A DNA stretch of 64,000 nucleotides from an uncultured Dyadobacter sp. (GTDB taxonomy: Bacteria; Bacteroidota; Bacteroidia; Cytophagales; Spirosomataceae), in assembly GCA_965649915.1 (NCBI GenBank), contig CBFGMV010000026.1, positions 14,962 through 78,961 on the forward strand, written 5' to 3'. The notes beneath the pieces are model-generated. The model made no database searches. It was not told where the DNA came from and saw only the letters and a list, made by a program, of their open reading frames with translations. The number at the start of each line of letters is the position of its first letter. Position 1 is the first letter of the stretch. A program made the position numbers and the translations under genes. Shown here piece by piece: positions 10,691 to 19,292 of this stretch.

Positions 10691-10767
10691 TGCAAGCGTA
10701 GGCAGTCATTGTCAGGGAGTTACCTTTTCTGACAATGGTTGTTTTAACCCTTTTCTGAACAAACAGG

Positions 10768-13167
10768 ATGCTGAAAAACTACCTTAAGGTTGCGCTTCGG
10801 AATATCTGGAAAAACAAGGTTTTTTCAGCGATCAATATTGTCGGCCTTGCCGTGAGCATGGCGGCCTGCATTGTGATCATGTTATTTGTTTTTTACGAGC
10901 GCAGTTTTGACAAGATCCATACCCGCAACATTTACCGGCTCGATGAGGTGCAGAAGTTCGAGGGCATGGTGGCACCCCAGAAAGTAGCGCTGTCCATGTT
11001 TCCGATGGGCCCGACATTGCGGGAGGAGTTTCCCGAGATCAGGCATTATGTTCGCATCAACACGGCCGGAAAGCTACCGATGAGTTACCGCGATCAGCGG
11101 ATAGAGCTCTCTCAGGTTTTCCTGACCGACTCGAATTTCTTCCAGCTTTTCGATTACAAACTGCTTGACGGTGATAAGGACAAGGTTTTGAAGGAGCCGA
11201 ACAGCGTGGTGCTTTCCAGGAAGAGCGCGGTGAACATATTCGGCAAGACGGATCCTATAGGTCAATACGTAAACCACTTCGGTAACGATACGCTGACCCT
11301 GAAAGTCACCGGCATCATGGACGATATTCCGGCTAATTCGCATTTGCAGTTTGACGCGCTGATTTCGTTCAACACCATCGCCAAGCCGGATTTTATGAAT
11401 AACTGGGGCGGTAACTGGCTCGTGACTTACCTGGAACTCGCCCCCGGGACGGATGTCGCGCGGTTGGAAAAGAAATTCCCTGCTTTCCTGAAAAAGCATA
11501 TGAAGGAGGGTGGCTGGAAGTTTTATGAACTGTTTTTGCAGCCGCTGGCGAACGTGCATGCACAGTCGGTGGACATTACCCACGATTATATCAACTATCA
11601 GAAGTTCGATAAAAGGTATACGTACATTTTTTCGGTGATTGCGGCCATTGTGCTCATTATCGCCTGTGTGAACTTCATGAACTTGTCTACCGCGCGTTCG
11701 ACCGGCAGGGCTAAGGAGGTGGGTATCAGGAAATCGATCGGTGCCCAGCGGTTCCAGCTTGCAGGGCAGTTTATCGGGGAGTCGGTGCTGCTGGCATTGT
11801 TCGCGTTGGTACTGGCGGTCGGTGTTGTGAAGCTCGTCATGCCTGCTGTGGCGGATTTTAGTCAGCGCCGGTTGGAATTTTCGATTTTTCAAAACCCGGG
11901 ACTCCTCCTGGTGATCCTGTTCGGCACAGTGTTGATCGGCATGTTTTCAGGGTTGTACCCAGCTGCATTTCTTTCGGGTTTTGAGCCGGTAAAAGTGCTG
12001 AAAGGCACGATACGGGCTGGAAAAAGCAACTTCCGGAATGCGCTGGTGATCGCCCAGTTTACCAGTGCGGTGTTCCTGATCATTGCCACCGGCTTTGCGG
12101 TAAAGCAGCTGCGTTATATGGTTAACAAAGACCCCGGTTTTGACAAAGAGCAGGTGGTGATCATTCCTTTGGATTCCAAGTCGGACACAAAGTTCGCAGC
12201 ATTGAAACAGGAGTTGCAGGCGAGTTCCTTCGTGGCGGCAGTAACTGGTTCGCAGCAGCGGCTCGGGAATAACCTGCACCAGACCGGCGTCACTTTTCAG
12301 GGGGCAGGCGCCAAGCGGCAGCTGACGTCGTCGCAGGTGATCGTGGATCCGGATTATCTGTCGCTTTACAAAATCAAACTGATCGCCGGCCGTAACTTCA
12401 CAAACAGCGCGTCCGACAATGCAAAAACCTACATTATCAATAAAGCGCTGGCGAAGGAGCTTCTGAAAGACGAACCGACGCTGACAATGGAAACGCTGAT
12501 CGGGAAACGATTTGGCTTTTCAGGCATGGATTCCCTGTCGACCATTGTAGGCATATCGGAAGACTTTAATTTCAATTCCCTGCATCATAAAATTGAGACC
12601 CTTTGCATTTTCAATCAGAAAGACTGGTCTTACTCCGAAATGTCGGTTCGGATCAAAGGGAAAAACACGCAGCAGGCGCTTGCGGCGATTCAGGCGGCCT
12701 GGAACAAGCTGGTGCCTGGCGAACCATTTAACTATTCATTCCTGGACGAACATTTCGCGGAGATGTACCGTGCCGATAGCCAGGTGAGTGAGATCGTAGG
12801 CGTACTGGCCGGTCTGGCCGTTTTTATATCCTGTCTCGGGCTGTTTGGCCTGGCTTCTTATTCCGCCGAGCGGAGGATCAAGGAGATCGGAGTGAGGAAA
12901 GTAATGGGTGCTTCGGTGGCTGGAATCGTGGCGCTGCTTTCCAGGGATTTTATCAGGCTGGTGATCATCGCGATACTCATTGCGTCGCCAGTTGCCTGGT
13001 GGGCTGTCCGGACCTGGCTGAACGATTTTGCTTACCGCATCGAGGTCGAATGGTGGATGTTCGCGGTGGCAGGTTTGCTGGCGATAGCGGTTGCTTTGTT
13101 CACGATCAGCTTCCAGAGTATCAAGGCTGCATTGACCAATCCTGTTAAAAGTTTGAGAGCCGAATAA
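10768..13167 (+). CDS. MacB/FtsX-type ABC permease, 799 aa
   Basis: MLKNYLKVALR start, ACVNFMNLSTARSTGRAKEVGIRK, NPVKSLRAE. Confidence 0.93.
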   Translation: MLKNYLKVALRNIWKNKVFSAINIVGLAVSMAACIVIMLFVFYERSFDKIHTRNIYRLDEVQKFEGMVAPQKVALSMFPMGPTLREEFPEIRHYVRINTAGKLPMSYRDQRIELSQVFLTDSNFFQLFDYKLLDGDKDKVLKEPNSVVLSRKSAVNIFGKTDPIGQYVNHFGNDTLTLKVTGIMDDIPANSHLQFDALISFNTIAKPDFMNNWGGNWLVTYLELAPGTDVARLEKKFPAFLKKHMKEGGWKFYELFLQPLANVHAQSVDITHDYINYQKFDKRYTYIFSVIAAIVLIIACVNFMNLSTARSTGRAKEVGIRKSIGAQRFQLAGQFIGESVLLALFALVLAVGVVKLVMPAVADFSQRRLEFSIFQNPGLLLVILFGTVLIGMFSGLYPAAFLSGFEPVKVLKGTIRAGKSNFRNALVIAQFTSAVFLIIATGFAVKQLRYMVNKDPGFDKEQVVIIPLDSKSDTKFAALKQELQASSFVAAVTGSQQRLGNNLHQTGVTFQGAGAKRQLTSSQVIVDPDYLSLYKIKLIAGRNFTNSASDNAKTYIINKALAKELLKDEPTLTMETLIGKRFGFSGMDSLSTIVGISEDFNFNSLHHKIETLCIFNQKDWSYSEMSVRIKGKNTQQALAAIQAAWNKLVPGEPFNYSFLDEHFAEMYRADSQVSEIVGVLAGLAVFISCLGLFGLASYSAERRIKEIGVRKVMGASVAGIVALLSRDFIRLVIIAILIASPVAWWAVRTWLNDFAYRIEVEWWMFAVAGLLAIAVALFTISFQSIKAALTNPVKSLRAE

Positions 13168-13177
13168 ATTCCAGACC

Positions 13178-15628
13178 ATGATCCAAAACTACTTTAAAAT
13201 TGCCCTGAGGAACCTGCAACGGCACAAGGGCTTTTCGCTGATTAATGTCTTAGGACTCACGATCGGGCTGACATGCTGTTTTCTGATCATGGTTTTTGTG
13301 CGGCATGAGCTGAGCTACGACACGTTCCACGCCAAACATGACCGCATTTACAGGCTGAATTACATGCCCAAGTTTGCGGGATACTCCATTTACATCGGAC
13401 TTACCCCAACGGTCGCATCGCCTCTGCTGCCCGACTACTTTTCCGAGGTCGAACGATCGGCGCGTGTTTACCGGAGCAATGCCACTATTGAGGTGCCGGG
13501 TACCAGCAGCCCCAGACCGGTTAAGTTTGACGAGGACCATTTTTTCTTCGCGGATTCGACATTGACTGATATTTTTTCGTTTGAATTCATTGAAGGAGAC
13601 CCGAAAACAGCATTGAAGCATGCCTATTCGCTGGTGATCAACGACCGCATCGCGCGCAAGTATTTCGGGAATGCGCCGGCGCTCGGCAAGACAGTTATTT
13701 ATGAAGGAACACATCCGATGAAGATAACCGGGGTTGTAAGGGAATTTCCGGACAACTCCCATATCCGGATCGATTTGTTGTCGGACTACAAGACGATGTT
13801 TGCCACCGAAAGCGAATTGGTCCGCAGAAACTTGCCCCAAAACTGGGTTATCACGCATTCGGCTACCTACGTGTTGCTACGGCCTGGAACAGACGCCCAA
13901 AGTGTGAACGCCCGGATGCCTCAATTTCTCAAAACGCATGCCGATGCGCAGATCGCGAAAGATATACAGTACCAGTTGCAGCCGTTGGGTGACATCCACC
14001 TGAATCCCGAAGTGGAGGGGAACCCTGAGCCGACGGGCAGCATGACGTACGTTTATGTATTTACCGGCATTGGTATTCTCACGTTGCTGATTGCCTGTAT
14101 CAACTTTATCAACCTTTCCACCGCCCGCTCGCTGCAACGCGCGCGGGAAGTGGGTATCAGAAAGACGCTGGGGAGTGAAAAAGGACAGATCGTTGCACAG
14201 TTCCTGGGCGAGTCGCTGCTGCTCAGCGGCATTGCATTGTTCTTTTCGGTTATACTCATCGCGGTGCTTTTCCCTGTGTTGAACATGCTGACCAACAAGC
14301 AGCTTACCTGGGTGTACCTGTTGCAAAATCCGGGACTACTCATTGCTTTTGTCTTGGTTGCTGTCATGGCGGGCCTTGTATCAGGCAGTTATCCCGCATT
14401 CTTTGTGGCTCGTTTTCAACCGATCGTGACGTTGAAAGGCAGCTTTGTGAGCGGTAAGGCAAGGGGAGGGAGCATCAGGCAGGCGTTGCTGGGTTTTCAG
14501 TTCATTGCTTCTATTGTATTGATTATCGGGGCTATGGTGGTGTTTCGGCAACTTCGGTTTTTAATGGAGCAGCCGGTTGGTTTCCATAAAGACTACATTA
14601 TTACAGCCGACATCCGGAATGAAAAGATCACCAATGTATTCGCTACACCCAGCGACAGTTCCTATCAGCGACTTAAAACCTTCCGGGAAACCTTATTGCA
14701 AAACCCGGCGGTGCAGGAAGTTACATTTGCTACCCAGCGCATGGCGGCGGGGGCCGTCCAACGGAATGTAGTTCCGGAGGGAAAAACGCAGGATGCCAAC
14801 CTCTTTGTAGGGGCGATCGGAATCGATTTTAATTTTGTGAAAACCTATGGCCTGAAACTGGCAGCGGGTCGAGACCTTTCTGAGCGCTATCCGACGGATA
14901 AGATTGCCGGCTTTCTCATCAACGAGACCGGCGTGAAGCAACTCGGGTGGAAGTCGGCGGCCGAAGCGTTGAACAAAGGCATTAATCTGGAAGGAAAGCA
15001 GGGGAGAATCGTCGGGGTGTTGAAGGATTTTCATACGCAGTCGCTACAAAATCCCATTCAAAGTGTGCTCTTCCACATAGATCAGAACCTTTTTACACAA
15101 ATGTCCGTGAAAGTGTCTCCAACGGCGCTCGATCAAACGCTGGCCTCGATGGGGCGCGAATGGGACAAGTTCTTTCCCGAAAAGGGCTTTGACTACCAGT
15201 TTCTGGACCAGAGCATTGCTGAGTCGTATGCTAATGAGCAACGGTTGAGTAAATTGGTTGGCTACTTCGCCGGTCTGGCCATCCTGATCTCCTGTCTTGG
15301 CCTTTATGGTTTGGTTTCGATCGCAACCCAGCAGCGAACGAAAGAGATTGGCATCCGGAAGGTGCTGGGTGCTTCGGTGCGAAGTATCGTGGAGCTCCTT
15401 TCCAAAGACTTCCTCATACTGGTCACCGTTTCGCTTCTGATCGCCAGTCCGATGGCCTGGTACGGCATGAACAAATGGTTGTCAAATTTTGCCTTTAAAA
15501 CCGATGTCGCCTGGTGGATTTTTGGCCTGGCAGGCTTGGTAACCCTCGGCATTACCCTGCTGACGGTTAGTTTTCAAAGTATCAGGGCAGCCTTGACAAA
15601 CCCGGTAAAGTCCCTGAAAACGGAGTAG
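13178..15628 (+). CDS. MacB/FtsX-type ABC permease, 816 aa
   Basis: MIQNYFKIALR start, ACINFINLSTARSLQRAREVGIRK, NPVKSLKTE. Confidence 0.93.
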   Translation: MIQNYFKIALRNLQRHKGFSLINVLGLTIGLTCCFLIMVFVRHELSYDTFHAKHDRIYRLNYMPKFAGYSIYIGLTPTVASPLLPDYFSEVERSARVYRSNATIEVPGTSSPRPVKFDEDHFFFADSTLTDIFSFEFIEGDPKTALKHAYSLVINDRIARKYFGNAPALGKTVIYEGTHPMKITGVVREFPDNSHIRIDLLSDYKTMFATESELVRRNLPQNWVITHSATYVLLRPGTDAQSVNARMPQFLKTHADAQIAKDIQYQLQPLGDIHLNPEVEGNPEPTGSMTYVYVFTGIGILTLLIACINFINLSTARSLQRAREVGIRKTLGSEKGQIVAQFLGESLLLSGIALFFSVILIAVLFPVLNMLTNKQLTWVYLLQNPGLLIAFVLVAVMAGLVSGSYPAFFVARFQPIVTLKGSFVSGKARGGSIRQALLGFQFIASIVLIIGAMVVFRQLRFLMEQPVGFHKDYIITADIRNEKITNVFATPSDSSYQRLKTFRETLLQNPAVQEVTFATQRMAAGAVQRNVVPEGKTQDANLFVGAIGIDFNFVKTYGLKLAAGRDLSERYPTDKIAGFLINETGVKQLGWKSAAEALNKGINLEGKQGRIVGVLKDFHTQSLQNPIQSVLFHIDQNLFTQMSVKVSPTALDQTLASMGREWDKFFPEKGFDYQFLDQSIAESYANEQRLSKLVGYFAGLAILISCLGLYGLVSIATQQRTKEIGIRKVLGASVRSIVELLSKDFLILVTVSLLIASPMAWYGMNKWLSNFAFKTDVAWWIFGLAGLVTLGITLLTVSFQSIRAALTNPVKSLKTE

Positions 15629-15677
15629 CGAATTTCTAAATGTTTGGTGTGAAAATGAATCGATAAACGCATAATCC

Positions 15678-15965
15678 ATGAGCCACATTGCTATCCCCAT
15701 CCCACCGCTTCAAGGTAAGCAGGAGATCAAAGTCGAAGTAACGATCAACGGAATCAAGCAGAACCTGTTCTATCGCGTAGAATTGTTTTACTGGGAGGAC
15801 TGCACGAATCCGGTGGCCCACAGGGCCGATTGCATTAGCGAAATGCTGTCGCATCACGACCCGGAGTGGACCGTATATTACATTGGCGCGCCCAATGATG
15901 AATTTGTGCCCATTACTTTCGTGAAGAAGGAAAGCAGAAGTTTGTTGCGCGAAGCTTTGGCATAG
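15678..15965 (+). CDS. Small hypothetical cytoplasmic protein, 95 aa
   Basis: ATG ORF after an A-rich leader, 49 nt downstream of the last permease; protein-like composition; no recognisable domain. Confidence 0.7.
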   Translation: MSHIAIPIPPLQGKQEIKVEVTINGIKQNLFYRVELFYWEDCTNPVAHRADCISEMLSHHDPEWTVYYIGAPNDEFVPITFVKKESRSLLREALA

Positions 15966-16012
15966 ACTATTTACGCAACAAGAAAGAGTTTTAATTCTTT
16001 TTTAATCTTTAT

Positions 16013-16069
16013 ATGCAACTATGTTGCATTTGTGGTCTATTCAAAACTACATTTGCATCATTGTTGCAT
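16013..16069 (+). promoter_or_regulatory. Sigma70-type promoter overlapped by two 7-3-7 inverted-repeat operators (candidate metal-responsive repressor sites)
   Basis: ATGCAAC-TAT-GTTGCAT (16013-16029, perfect) and TTGCATC-ATT-GTTGCAT (16053-16069) overlap TTG (16024-26)-N21-TACATTTG (16048-55). Confidence 0.65.
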
Positions 16070-16083
16070 ATAAAGATTTTTTT

Positions 16084-17292
16084 ATGAAAAAGCATTTATT
16101 CAAAGCGCTGCTGTTTGTAGCAGCGGGTTCACTGCTCACCGCTTGCGATGACGACAAAGAAAAGGGCGTTGATCCGGTGGAGGACACGGAGTACAAGTTT
16201 ATCAGAGTGATGGTGAGTGACGAGAGTTCTACGGAAATATCCCTGGTTGATCCGTCGAAGCGTTCGGTGGAGAAATTTGAGGCAAAGTATCCCAAATCTG
16301 CATTGTACGGTACCCAAGCCGGGCGTTTCGGTGCGATTGTGAATGGTGCCAATAATTTCGTGCAGCTGTTCGACATCGGTTTGGAAGGCCATGGCGACCA
16401 CGTAGATGTGAAGGGTACCCCGAAGTTTGGAGCACTGACCGGGGACGGAAACAAGCCGACGCATTTCAAAAGCAAAGGTGACGAGATCATCACTTTCAAT
16501 GATGGTGACGGTACTTTGAGTGTTGCCAAAGAAGGTGATTTTCATACGGCTGGTAAAAAAATGACCGTCATTAATGCAGGGAATGTGGCGCATCACGGTG
16601 CCATGACCAAGTTCGACAATGGTACTTACGCCATAACGGTGAAAGATGGGTCGGTGGCAGGTTCACTGCCCGAACGTGTCAAGATCATCGACGGTTCCGG
16701 TAAAACACTTTTTGCTTCCACAGTTCAAACCAAAGGAGTTCATGGCAATGCTACGAATGGAAGTATTTCGCTGTTCGGATCGGCCAGCGGTATCCTGGCC
16801 GTGGGGCCGGATGGTAACCAGAGACTGATCGCGCATCCGGCAGACTTCGGCGACGCATGGTTCGGCTCGATCCTGGAAGCAAAGGGTGCGGGCAAATTCC
16901 TGGGTTATACCGCAGCGAAGGGCGTTTACCTGATCGACGTAGCCAGCAATGCGGTTACCCCAATCCTCGCACACACGGACATCATGCAGGCGAAAGTCGA
17001 TTATGCAGGGAATAACCTTGTGGTATTGCTGCACAGTGGCGAGCTACGTGTATTCGACCTGAAAACCAATGCTGTGAAAGCTACGGGGAATGTGCTGCCG
17101 GCCACCGCAAAGGATGAAACCCAAAAGCCGCAGCTGGAAGCGACTTCGCGCTACATTTACATTACCCAGCCTAAAACCGGGGAATTACTGGTGGTCAACG
17201 CCAAAGACCTATCCAAAACAAATAAGGTGAATGTATCTGCTGCACCTTACCGGCTGAGCATTCTGGGATTTGAATCGAGTGAAGGACATTGA
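16084..17292 (+). CDS. Lipoprotein, AztD-like zinc-binding beta-propeller, 402 aa
   Basis: Lipobox LLTA-C followed by acidic DDDKE. His motifs GHGDH, KPTHF, AHHG, GVHG and C-terminal EGH resemble the AztD metal-ligand pattern (recognised by eye). Confidence 0.65.
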   Translation: MKKHLFKALLFVAAGSLLTACDDDKEKGVDPVEDTEYKFIRVMVSDESSTEISLVDPSKRSVEKFEAKYPKSALYGTQAGRFGAIVNGANNFVQLFDIGLEGHGDHVDVKGTPKFGALTGDGNKPTHFKSKGDEIITFNDGDGTLSVAKEGDFHTAGKKMTVINAGNVAHHGAMTKFDNGTYAITVKDGSVAGSLPERVKIIDGSGKTLFASTVQTKGVHGNATNGSISLFGSASGILAVGPDGNQRLIAHPADFGDAWFGSILEAKGAGKFLGYTAAKGVYLIDVASNAVTPILAHTDIMQAKVDYAGNNLVVLLHSGELRVFDLKTNAVKATGNVLPATAKDETQKPQLEATSRYIYITQPKTGELLVVNAKDLSKTNKVNVSAAPYRLSILGFESSEGH

Positions 17293-17328
17293 AAAAAACC
17301 GGCAGGCTGCTGAGCTTGCCGGTTTCTT
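17292..17328. terminator. Bidirectional intrinsic terminator
   Basis: AAACCGGCAGGCT / AGCTTGCCGGTTT stem between convergent genes, with an A-run on the left and a T-rich run on the right. Confidence 0.75.
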
Positions 17329-18258
17329 CTAAAACCAGAACTGGTCTGCTCCGTCGGCAGGCTTCCATTTGCTTTTTGGTTCGAAGTGATCCCAGATCAG
17401 GGCGGAAATCTTCCGGATCAGGACATATCCTTCGTTTTGCTTTTGCCAGGTCTGGTCCTGCTGATTTTTAGTGGTAATGCAGAACACATAGTCGCCATGG
17501 GGCGCATGGACCAGCAGTACTTCGGACTTTGCCTGATTGACAGCGCCGGTTTTGGCGGCTACCTTTACCTCGGACGGCACCTGCGAGATGGCCTCCCCAT
17601 CCCAGAACTGCATACCCAGATAGCGGTACATCCGCTCGCTTGCAGCCGGGCTAATGGCTTTTCCATTGCGTATCATAGCGACGAGTTCCGCCATTTCCCT
17701 GGGTGTTGTCTGGCCCCAACCATACCTGGCCTGTGCATCTTTTCTCCCCGGCGTGCGGGAATTGACCCGGATATTTGCGAAGCCATTCGCGGCAAGCCAT
17801 TGGTTAATGGTCGCTCCACCGCCCGCCATGGCCTGTAACCACAAACTGCCCGTGTTGTCGCTCTGCGAAATCATCAGATGGACGACTTTGGGCAATGCGA
17901 TCCTTGTACTGTCGCGGAACGATCCGACAATGCCATTATCATATTTCAGCGAATCCCGGTAAATAAGTTCCTGATCGAACCGGACTTCGCCCTTGTTGAT
18001 CTTATCGAAGATGCCGCACATAATCGGGACTTTGATCATGCTGGCCGTAGGGAAGAGCGTGTCGGCATTCACAGCCGCTTTCCGGTTGGTTTTTAAATGG
18101 CGGACATACACTCCGGCTTCACCATGGAAGCCTTCCAGCGCCTTTTCCAGTTTGGCAACCAACTTTTTGTCAATTGTTGTTTTTCCAATGGCATTCGGTT
18201 GGGCGCAAACACGACCCGGCGCCAATGCGAGGAGGGCGAAAAGGAGCAATCTTCTCAT
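17329..18258 (-). CDS. Secreted class A beta-lactamase-like serine hydrolase (Beta-lactamase2 family), ~309 aa
   Basis: SxxK (ASMIK), SDN and KTG motifs; signal peptide ending VCAQ; no Glu166 equivalent. Confidence 0.85.
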   Translation of the reverse strand: MRRLLLFALLALAPGRVCAQPNAIGKTTIDKKLVAKLEKALEGFHGEAGVYVRHLKTNRKAAVNADTLFPTASMIKVPIMCGIFDKINKGEVRFDQELIYRDSLKYDNGIVGSFRDSTRIALPKVVHLMISQSDNTGSLWLQAMAGGGATINQWLAANGFANIRVNSRTPGRKDAQARYGWGQTTPREMAELVAMIRNGKAISPAASERMYRYLGMQFWDGEAISQVPSEVKVAAKTGAVNQAKSEVLLVHAPHGDYVFCITTKNQQDQTWQKQNEGYVLIRKISALIWDHFEPKSKWKPADGADQFWF

Positions 18259-18272
18259 CAATTTTCGAAGGT

Positions 18273-19172
18273 TTAAGGGTAATGGACGTCAGCCACGGGA
18301 GTTTTTCCAGGCTTTTCCCTGCTGAAATACAACCTGCCCCAGAATTCGGGAAAATGCATATTGATGACTCCTTGCGGCGACCACACCCAATTGTACTCCG
18401 GCACGATCTTCCCCGTTTCGGCATTCCGTTTGCGGCTGTACCGGCCTGCATCACTTACTTCGTGTTGCCAGTTCACGCGTGAAAAGTTAATGCGCCATTC
18501 GGAGCCGTGCTGCGGAATGAGTGGTGGTACGTCGTCGGTAGAAAGTGCCTTAAAGGGGATTGCGATCTCTACAAACCATCGCTTATCCTTATCTGAGGCG
18601 TCGTTTACAGTGCCTTCGACCGACACCGCCGATTTGAGCCCCGCGATGTCCCATTTGATCTGGGCTCTCCCGCCTTTCCGGTAAGTTTTGGGAAGAAAGA
18701 GATCAAAGGTGTTGTTGATCGCATTGATTTCCAGTTCGTAATAGTTCTCGGTATCGCCGTCGGGGTCGATGAAGACTTCAAAATCATTTTCAAGATATAC
18801 GATCTGGTCTTTTTTGTCCTGATATGCCCAAATGTGTTCTTCTTCGATCTGTGCGCCAATGTAGAGGTATTCATCATCCCAAAGCATCTTGGCGCGGGTC
18901 TCCTGCAATGGCAGCGGCTTTTTGTCTCCTTCAATATCGACAAATGAGGACGTCCAGGGTGCCTTTTTCCATGCCTGCTCATTCAGCCGGCCATCAATGC
19001 TGATTTTGCGGTCTGCAAGGTAGCAGGTGTAAGTCTTCGGTGGAGTGGATGGTTGCGCCCAGGCGGTTGTGACTAGGGACAGAATGCCGGTTAATGTAGC
19101 CGCACAATGCAATGCAAGGGTGCCGACGGAGGTGAATCTGTTCTTTTTTTGGAGTGAATTAAAATTTTTCAA
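18273..19172 (-). CDS. Carbohydrate-binding family 9-like protein, 299 aa
   Basis: IDGRLNEQAWKKAPW, AKMLWDDEYLYIGA, NDFEVFIDPDGD, YYELEINA, W.VEIAIPF, WRINFSR and WVWSPQG..NMH.PE.WG pattern; TTG start. Confidence 0.8.
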   Translation of the reverse strand: MKNFNSLQKKNRFTSVGTLALHCAATLTGILSLVTTAWAQPSTPPKTYTCYLADRKISIDGRLNEQAWKKAPWTSSFVDIEGDKKPLPLQETRAKMLWDDEYLYIGAQIEEEHIWAYQDKKDQIVYLENDFEVFIDPDGDTENYYELEINAINNTFDLFLPKTYRKGGRAQIKWDIAGLKSAVSVEGTVNDASDKDKRWFVEIAIPFKALSTDDVPPLIPQHGSEWRINFSRVNWQHEVSDAGRYSRKRNAETGKIVPEYNWVWSPQGVINMHFPEFWGRLYFSREKPGKTPVADVHYP

Positions 19173-19292
19173 GATTGGTCATGCGAGTAGTTAAATGAAG
19201 TTCAATATAGGTCATTTCAACTACTTTTCGAAGGAGAACCGGGCTTTGGAGCCTGTTGTTTACGCACACGGCCATTAACGATCCCGATCACC

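Noticed and set aside
11074-11892. Long antisense ORFs (this 272-aa one and many of 60-220 aa opposite real genes)
   Set aside because: They lie fully opposite well-supported CDSs, have no motifs, and are expected shadows of codon bias.
2-15628. Permeases as pseudogenes or truncated MacB because they lack an ATPase domain
   Set aside because: All complete copies are intact ~800-aa frames with conserved termini; a separately encoded ATPase is present.
16021-16083. Upstream ATG extending the AztD-like protein
   Set aside because: It lies inside the operator/promoter; ATG 16084 gives a proper lipoprotein signal peptide.
17329-18258. Bona fide antibiotic-resistance beta-lactamase
   Set aside because: No Glu166 equivalent, so resistance cannot be claimed from sequence.
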